64,000 nucleotides of DNA from Lepidodermella squamata. Taxonomy: Eukaryota > Animalia > Gastrotricha. The notes under the pieces are model-generated. The model was not told where the DNA came from, made no database searches, and saw nothing but the letters and a program-made list of their open reading frames with translations. Shown in pieces: positions 23,575-33,947 of this stretch; the first letter of the stretch is position 1, and each line of letters starts with the position of its first letter. The DNA lies in the NCBI GenBank assembly GCA_047495785.1, contig JBLDXI010000029.1, positions 3,410,001 to 3,474,000 of the forward strand, read 5' to 3'. The translations under genes and the position numbers were made by a program.

Positions 23575-24153
23575 ATGACTAAATACATTCCATTCGACAT
23601 TAAACTAACAGAGACCCAGAGAAGAGCATTTCAAAAACCAGGCCAAGTTGTATTGCGTTTCACAATTGATCAGCTTCTTGCAGATCCAAATGGTTCCAAG
23701 TTGTTGTTGACGCAAAGGCAGATAGATAAAGTAATGAAGAGCAAACAAAGGATGAAAGGGCTTGATATTAAACTGAGCAAAACTCAGCTCCGGAAGAATC
23801 AGTCTGGCGGGTTCCTGTTACCAGCGCTTGCCACAGCTTCTAAATTTATAGCCCCTGTAGCCGTTGCAGCGCTGAGCGGCCTTGCCAGTTCCCTCGCCAG
23901 TACAGCAGCTGACAAGATCGTAGGCAAAGGCGTGTCGCTGACAATACCAAAAGAGGATTTAGATGAACTGCAAAAGGCGGTTTCGCTTCTGGAGTCCCGA
24001 CAAATTGTGCCTGCTGGCAGTAGCAAGGCAATTAAAAGCCATATAGAGCAACAGGGTGGAGCTTTTATATTGCCGCTTGTATCAAGCTTACTGGGTGCAT
24101 TTCTTCCGACCTTATTCGGAAAAGGGGTTTACATGCCGTGGGAAAAAAACTGA
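23575..24153 (+). CDS. PZ-like virion protein with GG/GxG motifs followed by hydrophobic helices
   Basis: LSKTQLRKNQSGG-FLLPAL and QQGG-AFILPLV; ends at an A_AAA_AAC slippery site. Confidence 0.7.
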   Translation: MTKYIPFDIKLTETQRRAFQKPGQVVLRFTIDQLLADPNGSKLLLTQRQIDKVMKSKQRMKGLDIKLSKTQLRKNQSGGFLLPALATASKFIAPVAVAALSGLASSLASTAADKIVGKGVSLTIPKEDLDELQKAVSLLESRQIVPAGSSKAIKSHIEQQGGAFILPLVSSLLGAFLPTLFGKGVYMPWEKN

Positions 24154-24587
24154 AAAATAGCGGGTTTTATCCTCTATCCAATCTTGAGATAACCGAAGCT
24201 TTAAAGAGGCTTCTCGGAAACGACTTCAAGGGCTGTTACGCTCGGGACGACCTTCCTGCTACACTTCAACGAGGATATTACGTCATTAACCTGGACGATA
24301 AAGTTAACCGCGGAAGTCATTGGGTCTCAATGGCTGTGAAGTCGACTGAAATAATCTACTTCGATAGCTTCGGGTTTATATGCCCTAATGAGATCATTAG
24401 GCGTCGCGGCAAACGAGTAATTTGGTATTCCACACATGATATACAACATCCTGGCTCTGTTGCATGTGGCTTCTATGCCATTTACTTTCTAAGAGAATTA
24501 GGTAAAGGTAGGGATAAGTTAGCTATTTTGCTAGACTTCAATAACACCGGGTCACCGCACAATGATGACTTACTGAAAAATTGTTAA
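24138..24587 (+). CDS. Adenain/Ulp1-like cysteine protease
   Basis: Catalytic residues in GSHWV, YFDSFG and IQ....ACGFY; no ATG before the catalytic His; -1 frame relative to the upstream ORF. Confidence 0.9.
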   Translation: MGKKLKNSGFYPLSNLEITEALKRLLGNDFKGCYARDDLPATLQRGYYVINLDDKVNRGSHWVSMAVKSTEIIYFDSFGFICPNEIIRRRGKRVIWYSTHDIQHPGSVACGFYAIYFLRELGKGRDKLAILLDFNNTGSPHNDDLLKNC

Positions 24588-24594
24588 GCTAGAT

Positions 24595-24774
24595 ATGTAT
24601 TGCCTGCATTGTAGGAAAAACACTAAATCAGTGAATGAGCAGCAATTAGCCACTCGTAATAACCGAGCTCTCATGACAGGATCTTGTACACTCTGCGGTA
24701 TGACAAAGTATAAATTCATAAGAATGTTAAAGAGAAACGCCATCGTAGATAAAAAGGATGCAAGCGTCCGTTGA
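24595..24774 (+). CDS. Zinc-ribbon mini-protein (DUF5679-like), 59 aa, not in the ORF track
   Basis: MYCLHCRKNT...RNNRALMTGSCTLCGMTKYKFI. Confidence 0.75.
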   Translation: MYCLHCRKNTKSVNEQQLATRNNRALMTGSCTLCGMTKYKFIRMLKRNAIVDKKDASVR

Positions 24775-25264
24775 AGATGAATTGAAGAGACTGATGGATA
24801 ATTTTGAGAATTCTAAATCAGTGAGAAAGACATTTTCTACCATGCCTTACGTGTATTGCGATGCGTGTGCCACAGAACTTTTGCTTGACGAAAGGGCGAA
24901 TTTCAACGTATGCCCAAACTGCGGTTTATGTTATCCATACTGTGAGCACTCCCCGCCATTCAAATTAGTACCTTACAAAAGAAAATGGCATTTAATGGCT
25001 GTAATTAAAAAGCGCGGTATAGAAATACTACCTCCTCAACTTGAGAGGCTGATGTCGAGCTTTATCAAGTTTGACTCGGGCTATGCAGAACTCTTTCCCG
25101 ATCAAAATATGATGCACCTTGACTTCGTTATCAAAGCTCTGGCTCAGGAACATGGATACGACCTTGTGGCACAGAGCGTACACGTGAAATCGGTTAACGA
25201 TAAGACGCTGAGGCAATGGCGGAATAAGTATAATCTAGTCATCGCTCATTATGAGATCGAATGA
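24758..25264 (+). CDS. Poxvirus VLTF3-like late transcription factor
   Basis: CDAC...CPNCG zinc ribbon followed by YKRKWH and a helical C-terminal region. Confidence 0.6.
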   Translation: MQASVEDELKRLMDNFENSKSVRKTFSTMPYVYCDACATELLLDERANFNVCPNCGLCYPYCEHSPPFKLVPYKRKWHLMAVIKKRGIEILPPQLERLMSSFIKFDSGYAELFPDQNMMHLDFVIKALAQEHGYDLVAQSVHVKSVNDKTLRQWRNKYNLVIAHYEIE

Positions 25265-25910
25265 AATATTCATTCCAAGTGAATGGTTTGAAAATGCACG
25301 ACAGGCAGCAATTTATTTGAGGGCAGACGGCAGTACTCCATTCGCGGCAAACCTAAACGCGAATAGCTACTGCATCGAAAATTTGGGCGGCCCTGTTTTC
25401 GACAACGATGCTGTTAGTAAAAATTGGGTTGAGCGAAGTTGTTTAATGATTCAATCCGATCAGACTGTTGACTTTAAAAATGCTAGGCTCACGAACATCC
25501 ATCCACCAATAAATCCAAACGATGGCGCGATTCGGGCTTCCAGATTGATATGCTCTGGCAAGGTTTCTCTTGCGCGAGAGAATAAGCTAAGTTTTGATAA
25601 CATGATTTCCGGAATGCCTGAAGTAAGCGATAGCTTAGTGTTTCGGGCAGACGTAACAGCCAGAGTGGAAATGTGGTTCCGGCTGGACGACAACAGAGCC
25701 ACATCCTTCACCCTTGATTTCTTCAAAAACAACGGTAACTTGTTCTCGAAATACTTCAACTATAACAATGTTAATTTGGAGAGCAGCAATGAATACTGTT
25801 CCTTTATAGAGCAATTCCGATTGAATGATAGCTTAACGGTTATTGCAGCAGCTGACGAAAGCATACAACTGTCATACATTTTGATTATTTCTAACCTAAA
25901 GAATACGTGA
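25251..25910 (+). CDS. Fibre/tail-like protein
   Basis: YLRADGS..NLNANSYCIENLGGP..DAVSKNWVE plus a second degenerate repeat; beta-rich C-terminus. Confidence 0.5.
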   Translation: MRSNEIFIPSEWFENARQAAIYLRADGSTPFAANLNANSYCIENLGGPVFDNDAVSKNWVERSCLMIQSDQTVDFKNARLTNIHPPINPNDGAIRASRLICSGKVSLARENKLSFDNMISGMPEVSDSLVFRADVTARVEMWFRLDDNRATSFTLDFFKNNGNLFSKYFNYNNVNLESSNEYCSFIEQFRLNDSLTVIAAADESIQLSYILIISNLKNT

Positions 25911-25924
25911 TACATATATTCAGA

Positions 25925-26506
25925 ATGAATGACAACCAGCTAAAAACAGTAGAAAGTATTTACCCCACTGCTCCCAGACTACAGATGTCTTCTACTCAAG
26001 AGTTCAGGCTTGCTGAGCTCCGGCGCCTAAATGATGTTTTCAACACAGAAATATCGAAAAGAAAGAAGCTTTATAATAGATATTCCCGTTTTTCGTCGAT
26101 TTGCAAAGCTACTATTCATGGAATAACGGGCGGCACAACATCGCTTGCGATTGGTGGAATCGCACTACTGTCACTTGGCCTCCCAACCGGTATCATGTTG
26201 GAGATTACTGCAGCTTCGGGCGGCATGGTCATACTAGTTCTCAACCTGCTTGACTTAAAGTTCGAAAGGAAAGCCGAAAAACATGAAAGAATCGCCACTC
26301 TTGCCATGTCGAAAGCCAACTCAATAGGCGACATGATCAAAACAGCCCTGGAAGATAACCACATCAGTGACACTGAGTATCAGGTTATTATGAGAGAAAA
26401 CGAGAAATTCCATGATATGAAAAAGTTGCTCCAGAAGAGTTTAAATTGTGATCGCACGCAAATATTTCTTGAGGAACTCAAAAAGCATGGTGTGAACGTC
26501 CCTTGA
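25925..26506 (+). CDS. Polinton membrane protein with two TM helices
   Basis: FRLAEL...KKLY, Gly-rich hydrophobic hairpin, then KHERIATLA...ALEDNHISD; ATG 25925. Confidence 0.65.
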   Translation: MNDNQLKTVESIYPTAPRLQMSSTQEFRLAELRRLNDVFNTEISKRKKLYNRYSRFSSICKATIHGITGGTTSLAIGGIALLSLGLPTGIMLEITAASGGMVILVLNLLDLKFERKAEKHERIATLAMSKANSIGDMIKTALEDNHISDTEYQVIMRENEKFHDMKKLLQKSLNCDRTQIFLEELKKHGVNVP

Positions 26507-26507
26507 G

Positions 26508-26762
26508 CTAGCGAAAAGGCGAGTAAAATATCACACGTTTCTTTGGTGCTCTAACTGCTTTAGCATGATTGCCTTTGATTTTCGAAGGCTTTTTAATTCT
26601 ATCCCTATTCACAAAATACCCTAGCAACGCGGCGATTACACTCAATGCAACAAAAATGTGTTGAAGCTGGGTGTTCGTCCTTAAGCAGTCGATCTGAAGT
26701 TCTCTAACAAGCACCTTAATATATGAGATTATTTCTTCTTGGGCACTCGAGTAAGTATTCAT
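26508..26762 (-). CDS. Small single-TM protein
   Basis: ATG-initiated ORF with hydrophobic IFVALSVIAALLGYFV. Confidence 0.5.
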   Translation of the reverse strand: MNTYSSAQEEIISYIKVLVRELQIDCLRTNTQLQHIFVALSVIAALLGYFVNRDRIKKPSKIKGNHAKAVRAPKKRVIFYSPFR

Positions 26763-26780
26763 TAAGTATTAAAACGATTT

Positions 26781-27116
26781 TTATTTTTCTCGTCGCGCCC
26801 TCATTTCAGCTATGAATTTCTCTATATCTGACTTCCTTTTCTGTCGCCGTTCAGACAGCTCAGCTTTGCGCCTCTGGCTCTGTAACTTACGGTCGTTATC
26901 TTCTTTTTCCCTTGCAGTCAGCAAATCGCTGTATTTCTGTTCAATGACAGCCTTCTCGTTCTCCAAAGTCTTAATACGGGTATTTGAGGACTGTCTCTTG
27001 AGCGAGGAATACTGATCGCTGATAATCTCAACTTCCTGCTTCAGTTTGTCAATATCTTGATCCTTCTCGTCGACGATTTCATCGACCTCTGTGTATGAAA
27101 GAAATCCTTTCTCCAT
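26781..27116 (-). CDS. Coiled-coil hypothetical protein
   Basis: ATG-initiated, charged heptad-like sequence, tightly packed with its neighbours. Confidence 0.55.
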   Translation of the reverse strand: MEKGFLSYTEVDEIVDEKDQDIDKLKQEVEIISDQYSSLKRQSSNTRIKTLENEKAVIEQKYSDLLTAREKEDNDRKLQSQRRKAELSERRQKRKSDIEKFIAEMRARREK

Positions 27117-27123
27117 GATTATA

Positions 27124-27381
27124 TTATTTACCGAGAAATCTTCTTCTTAGCAGGTAAGCTTCCTTGCCGCCGACATGAGAGACATCCTTTGGAATCAGAC
27201 TAACGTTGATGCCACCGCCCTTCAGCGATGAGACGCGTTGTTGTTTGCCTAAATGATAGTAAATCGTGCCTCTGCTGAGTCCCACTTCAGCTGCGATTTT
27301 ATCTACTGTCTTAGAGCTATTCTGATATTCATGGATTGCTTGGCTGATTTTGTCGGGATTTATTACCTTGCGACGAAGCAT
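27124..27381 (-). CDS. Helix-turn-helix protein
   Basis: TVDKIAAEVGLSRGTIYYHL HTH signature. Confidence 0.7.
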   Translation of the reverse strand: MLRRKVINPDKISQAIHEYQNSSKTVDKIAAEVGLSRGTIYYHLGKQQRVSSLKGGGINVSLIPKDVSHVGGKEAYLLRRRFLGK

Positions 27382-28038
27382 CTTATATTTATTTGAGAAA
27401 TTAAAATATTTCGATATTTCGATGTTCCATTATTCAAATGTTTGAACGTTCAGTCATATATATGTTGAAATTAACAGCGTTGTCGATTTCCTTTTCAAGT
27501 GTTCGAACATTTCAAAATTAAAACATTAGAAGGTTTGAATAATTGCTTTATCGAGAAGTTTAGCTTTGAAAATCGCTGGATCAGTAAATAATTATTCTGA
27601 ATCAGATGAAGGCATGTGAAGTTCTAGGCAAGAACAGATACTTGACAACAGTGGCAGCAGTAAGTTCCGATTTCAATTCTTCGTCGCTAACAATTTCTTC
27701 ACAGACCGCCTACCGCCTCATTGCAAAAGAGGTTTATCGAATGTAGGCATATCGAAGCATTCTTCAGTACTTTGAGATTCAGTTATCAGGATGCTCTCTT
27801 GAGTAGTCTCGTCAGGTCCTCGCATCAGTTAGAGAAGACGGATTCCTCTCCAAGAGCAAAAAATGCAACCAATTGCAAGAGTAAGCGTGCTTAGGGTGAT
27901 TACGAATGCAGTGCACAAACGAGCTGACGTTAAATAATTTATCCTCTGCCCTCGATCGAAATCGGTCGATATTATCCCGGCAACGAGAGAAAACATGTAG
28001 CTGAATCAGCTGGCAGCTTTCTATATACGAAAGTTTTT

Positions 28039-28152
28039 ATGGGATTAGAGTGCCCGTTTTGTAAGCACAGTGAATCTACCGTTGAATTAACTGACTGCCT
28101 TTCCTGTCCTTACTGCGGCAGAAAATATCCTGTTTCTCCGTTTCAAGTTTGA
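28039..28152 (+). CDS. 37-aa zinc-ribbon mini-ORF
   Basis: MGLECPFCKH...LSCPYCGRKY; TATA-like ctatata just upstream. Confidence 0.5.
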   Translation: MGLECPFCKHSESTVELTDCLSCPYCGRKYPVSPFQV

Positions 28153-28742
28153 AAAGCGTTTGCAAATCGTCGATATTGCCTTCATAGTTTTCCCATATAC
28201 AGGTTACGAAATGAATCAGCAACAACCATGCGAACCTTGCGGACCCTGGGGGCCTGGTGATGGAGCCCCGTGGATTTGTAGTGGAGCCTCCGGACCTGAT
28301 GGACCTTGTGAACCATGCGGGCCTACTCGTTGATAAAATACGACCAATATTTGACTTTTGCCATTAATATATTCAAGGAAAATTAATATCTTTGCCATTA
28401 AAATATTTAAGAGAAATAAATATCTGACCGGTCGGAAACCCTGCTACTTACAATGAGACGGCATGTCATAGCTTTCCGGTATTTTCTTGGGTATTATTAC
28501 ACAGCACCTCTTCAGTCGCAGTATATCTTTTTATTTGCGTTATGATTATGACTCTTAAGCTAATGTTTCATAATGGGGCCTGAAATAGAGTTAGATTTGA
28601 ATATTCCAACTGGATAAAAGCGTATATCTAACTATAATTAATGTTCAATGTTCAAATATGACTGTAATGATAGGTACAGGCCTTAAGCATATGGATCCAG
28701 GCTTGATCCTGTTTCTCGGTTCCCGTTTCAACAGTTCCATTC

Positions 28743-28850
28743 TCAGCGATGCCCAACTGTATTGCCACAGTCATTGCAAACTACCGTGCCCATTATGTCA
28801 TCCTCCACAATATGTTTGTCTCCAGTATGTTCGCAGTCGTTTCCAGGCAT
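28743..28850 (-). CDS. 35-aa TFIIB-type zinc-ribbon mini-ORF
   Basis: MPGNDCEHTGDKHIVEDDIMGTVVCNDCGNTVGHR. Confidence 0.5.
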   Translation of the reverse strand: MPGNDCEHTGDKHIVEDDIMGTVVCNDCGNTVGHR

Positions 28851-29054
28851 GGTGAACTTGGTAATTTTTCAAATTAATTCTAAAGGAAACAGTTGACAGC
28901 ATGTAAAGGGGCTATGATTCGGCAAATTCGGCATAAAATTTCACCGCGAGAGCACACATATAGAAGAATCGAACTACCAACCTTGTTCACACACTGGCTC
29001 GTCATACATTATGCGTCATCATCGATTTTGAGCAGTAGGTTCGATATAGAGATG

Positions 29055-29576
29055 ACGCATTGCAGCAAGCGTTAAATAATGAATCAGCGAGAAACAATAG
29101 CTTTTATTGACGCGAATTCATTTTATCGGTCTCCCTGCTGCGCCTATATCGAATTCTCTGCTGAAATACTTAACCGCCTGGACTGTCCTCACTGTCCTAA
29201 AAAGGTTCTCGACTCTTCAGGTAAGTATTAAAATACCTCAGCGTTTTCCTGGATAACTATTTCGAAAACAGCTTGCAATATGCATGATTGCGGTTGTGAT
29301 GATCCGGATGTTATAAACGATGGAACATTTTATGTATGCCAAAACTGTGGCGCGATTGTTGGGCAGGTCTACGTGTGAGGAATAAATTCTATTTTCTGCA
29401 AAATAAATAAAACTGTGGTCTGTGGTTTAAACGCTCCTTTAACCCCGCTCCTTTACTCCGTGTCACTTGAATTTCAATTTAACTTAATTCGAATTATCAG
29501 GTCATCTATATTCAGCTTAACAGTAGTAGGGGTTCTAAGCTTCTGGACAGGCCAGAAGCGGAGAATTCCTACTACT
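29055..29576 (-). repeat. Right TIR (522 bp)
   Basis: Reverse complement of 5321-5844. Confidence 0.95.
29079..29378 (+). CDS. Two-exon Cys-rich zinc-ribbon gene inside the TIR (82 aa)
   Basis: ATG 29079; intron 29221-29271 (GTAAGT..CAG) keeps the frame; motifs PCC, CPHC, CGC, CQNCG; AATAAA at 29381. Confidence 0.6.
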
Positions 29577-31532
29577 CTGACATTGCTGAGCAGTAGCTTT
29601 GATTGAGGAGATCCGAGGATGGGCTATGTGGTATTATGAGAACATGAACAAGAAGAACTATATCTCCAAGAGCGATCAGAATATCAGAAAAAGTCGGGGC
29701 ATTGAATTTTGGTGAAACTCGCGGTAGGTTGAGCCATTTCACCGTAAGAAGGAAGCAAAGAACCATTACACTGACGACGCATAGTCCTTTTAATAAAACC
29801 AGTAAACAAGAAGTTCTTCTTTCAAAGATTAACATACCTTTCATCAGAATATCAACTGGAGCATCAATAATGGGAGTATGAACAATTCGGGTTCGTACCT
29901 CATCTTTAGGAGGCATCCCGTCATAAGTATTCCAAGACAGCGCATTCTCATAGAAGACCAATCGATTAGCAGGCCTCAGGTTTGACTTGTAATAGCCGAC
30001 GGATTTTAGGTAACTAAACATCGCGCTAGTATTGCTTCTATCTATGACCGCCTGCTGATAGACAACAGGCATGCTACCGGATGACCAAGCTGTGCTTCGA
30101 TCGAACGAGTATTCGCCCTTCAGTCCCGTCATGGAGAAGGCATATATTTCATCTTGAATGATTCGAAGTATTTTTCCTGGATTGTTTGCGTAGTTACTGT
30201 TGTTTATGAACCAATCGGATAGCGTCATATTGTCTGTTAAAAAGCAAGCTGAAATTTGAACAGTCACCAATGATTCTCATTCTACCTTTTCTCAAAGTTG
30301 CCTCTGTTTGATTCAAGATTAGGCCAATCGCTATGTATTTGTCGTAGTAAGCCGGTATCCAATAGTCCCAACCGAATACTTCGTCGGGGTTTTCAACCTC
30401 ATCTCTTATTCGCTGGATTAGATCTCCCAGAGTGATTCCTGTAACGTCCGAATGGTTCGACCCGTGAATATCGGCTAAAGGCGCGTCTCCAAGGAAGAAA
30501 GTCGAGCTCAAGATATCAAGTAGCATGTTTGGGGTGCACCAAGGTGACAGATGGGATGGCAGTTCTCCAGTGTTATCAAAGTTACTCCAGATAAACGAGA
30601 TGAATACGAATCCTGGACCGTACAGCCCGTGTTTGTGAAGGTAACAAGCAACAGGAACGTTGAAAAAGTTCAGTGAGACGATGATTCGAGGCTCCCTGAG
30701 CTTGAACTCGCTGAATAGCGAATCTAGCTCGTAAGAATCATCCGTGTTCGCCCTCAGTCTTCCAAGGTAAGCCAAAGTCACATTTCTTTCATCCAAGTTG
30801 GCAATTAAGCTTTTTTCCAGCTGAAAAGGAATTTCGGAATTTTTGAGTAAGCTGACTAATTCATTGTTCTTACCATTTCATTGTAGGAATCCGAGTCACT
30901 TATGACTGAAATTCGTTTCCAACCATTCTTAACAATAAACTCAGCCAAAGCATCAATGTAGTAATCCGCCCTTCCGCCGAGCGAATAGAAATTGCGGTAT
31001 AACTCTCGGTATTCATAGAACTTGATATCGTTCGAGTAGGTTGATATAGCTAGGATATTATGGGCCTTGGCGAACAAAGCCGATAAAGTCTGAGAGGCAC
31101 CAGTACACTCCGTCAGAGCTAGTATCGGCAATCTTGATTCTGAATTAGATTGTTGATCCAGCTTTGGGATCAGATTCTTGGTGACAACAGCCTCATTGCA
31201 CTAAATAAAACTTCTATAATCGTGCTAATATTAGGTTTCATGAGACATACGTCATCTTGAACAAGCTCGAAAGCGAGGTCGTAGTTTGGGAGCCAGTTGT
31301 CAAGAGATCGCAGGCGCTCGAGTGCGAACTCAGCCACCACACTGGCCATTGGACCAATCGGAATGTATCCTCTGTAGATTGTTGATGCAAGGACTTTGAT
31401 TGTCTGACGGGCGTCAGATGAAGAGTTGAGTCTAACGAGACTTGGCATTTCTTCGGTCAAATTATGCTTTGCTGAAGATTTGTCGATCGTAAACAGCCAC
31501 AAGAAAATCAGTGATTTAGTTTTAAACACCAT
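29577..31532 (-). pseudogene. GABA-B-like class C GPCR, 5' exons, disrupted by the Polinton
   Basis: Signal peptide; Venus-flytrap exons (GWKRISVIS, EPRIIV, GLYGPGFVF, GLKGEYSFD); PPKD stalk; TM1-2; continues at 5320. Confidence 0.88.
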
Positions 31533-32099
31533 TTTGAAGATAGATTGAAATATTTCCTCTGAAGCAAAAGTGTAGCTAACAACCTGCAGCGGACTCTATC
31601 GTGCAAGATGAGATCATTTTGCATCCGGGAGAGCGTGGAACATTCACTCAACACCCTAGGAACCGCCGCTGATAGGAAAATTGTTATTATATACTGATTT
31701 TCCTTCCTGTGTTCAGATAGCTCAGATCTTCTCCATACTTCTTGAAGATTAATTTCTGGCGCTGAGCTGGAATTTCTTGGCAGAGGAGCGTGGGATTTTA
31801 CTTTTGACAGTTTTTTTAAGAGTTATATTTATACGTAGCCGCCGCGCTGATTTTCATGTGACAGGAAGCAGAACTAAGAGGTTTTCGGTCACGCTTCAGT
31901 CAGACGAATTAAAAGCAAATTTCATCATTCAAATTTCATGAAATGACGTAACAAGTGAAGATGGATTAAGCGACAATTTAACATCGCGAGTTTTTGATGC
32001 CCCTTTCAAGGTCAATGAGCAAGGGTCGAACGACATTAAAAAGAGGTTTTTCAGGTTTGCTGACGAGGCTTCAAAGCTATCAAAGGGAAAAGCTACTAG

Positions 32100-32500
32100 T
32101 AAAAAATCAAGAGGGCTGAATTTTTGTGAATTTAGGATTCAATGTTTCGAATTCGTTGGTGGCATAGCTCGACAGGGCTTCCTATTTGACCATAATTCAG
32201 AATCCAGGGCACCGGAAAAGTGTAACTTTTTAGCCCAAAGGCCCGCTCTTAACTTGCACTTCATTAGAAACATTCCCGGTATGAACGGTAATGTCGCCTT
32301 CGCCATTTACTCTTTGTTGGTGTTCGATTTATTCACTGAGTCTTCGTTCTCTGTGCGAGTCTGGCGGGCATCGGATGATGAGCTGAGTTTAACAAGATGA
32401 GGCATTTCTTCGGCCATGTTATACCATGATGAAGACTTGTCGATGAGAAATAGCGATAAGATAACAATTATCAACGATAATATAACAAAGCCTCATTTCC
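32100..32500 (-). pseudogene. Degenerate first-exon copy of the GPCR
   Basis: Reverse strand resembles EEMPHLVKLSSSSDARQT; upstream ~32640-32800 resembles ~31650-31810. Confidence 0.5.
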
Positions 32501-33348
32501 GACACCATTTTTAAAACAGCAGTTTGAAAGTTCTTTCAGATAGACGTCTGAAAGTGTAGTTTTCAAACTGCCGCTGACACCATCATGCAATATGAGATGC
32601 AAGTTTTAAAAGGGTATACTAATGGAATATAATTCACTACCGATGAACTTTCGCACCGATTTGAAAACCGCCGTTTCGCTCGATATCCTTCCTGTGCTCT
32701 GATAGCTCACTCTTATGTATACAATTGTCGATCAATTCTGGCGTGGAGCTGGAATTTTGCAGGAAAAGTAGCCTGGGTTTGTTACTCTTGGCAACGATTT
32801 CTGAAGGTATTTTAGAATTTAGAAAAATCGAGAAAAGATGAGAAGTCTCATTTCTCACGAGGCATCAAGCTATATGAGCTGATCTTGTGCGTGTTTCTTG
32901 TTTCACGTTGAGCGAAAAACGCCATAGTGATTACTACAGCGACGTCGACGTTTTCAGCTGCCCCGGCTTGTTTGAACTGCTAGCTAGGAGCACTGCCCTC
33001 TTGATGGAATTATTCGCTAGTTTTTGACAAACACAACTGACGTCAAATGCTTGAAGGAGTCACTGAAGGAATTTGGCATATTTATGTCGTTTTTCTTATA
33101 TTCACAGTATATCATAACTTTATTAGACTTGTTATGATCACTAATTTACCATTCCAAACAAATTATTGAAAATAAGCGATATATGTTTTTGCCGCAAAGA
33201 CCGCGTGATAGAGCAGCTGGCTAAGCATTCGATAGGCAAAGTTAGATCCGGGAGCCTAACAAAGCGGCGGTAATTTGATCAATTATTGTTAATTGTTATT
33301 AGGCTTTAGTTTTCCCCTTAACATTTATTTCAAAATATCTATCAAACC

Positions 33349-33947
33349 ATGTTGAGCCACATTGCTATCGCTCTAACCCTTGTCGCGGTTGTTGGTAACG
33401 CGGGGCGGCTCATTTCATAGGAAAAGTGACCATAATTCTCATGTCTTACAGGAGCCGTCGTTGATGACTTCGTTCGCAGCAAAACGACTTGTTCGCCAAT
33501 CTACAGCACGCGGAATGGCGAGACCATTGGTTCTTGTAAATCGGCATGCGCCAAAGCCGGCTCAGCCTGCCAGGGCTTCACCTTCGACCAATTGAAGGGA
33601 GCGTGCAATCTAGCCTCGGCTTGCGACCCCAAAGCCCCAGCTGCCAGCGCGCAACTCATAGTCATGGTCAAAAATCCAGGTTTGAACTAATCATTCGTAT
33701 GGCTTCTACCTTTATTTTGACTATTTTGCCAGTTCTGGCCAAGTACATTCGGCACGAATTGATGAGCGCTGCGAATTACGCCATTGTTCAAGTGACCACG
33801 TTTGCAGACTGCGCTGCTAGGTGTTCGAAAGACGCCATGTGCAAAGCTTTTTCTATGTCACCGTCCGGTACCAGCTGCGCCCTCAGCAGCCAATGCACCA
33901 CGGGCGGGCGTTCTCTACCTGCTGGCTACACGATACTCAAGTTGTAA
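33349..33947 (+). CDS. Secreted protein with two PAN/Apple-like domains, 3 exons
   Basis: Signal MLSHIAIALTLVAVV; CKSAC....CQGFTF...C and CAARC....CKAFSM...C. Confidence 0.72.

Larger units (their letters stand above)
5321..29576. mobile_element. Polinton/Maverick (adintovirus-like endogenous virus), full length, 24,256 bp
   Basis: Termini AGTAGT...ACTACT; TIRs ~522 bp; 6-bp TSD CTGACA at 5315-5320 and 29577-29582; pPolB, rve integrase, ATPase, protease and capsid genes. Confidence 0.97.
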
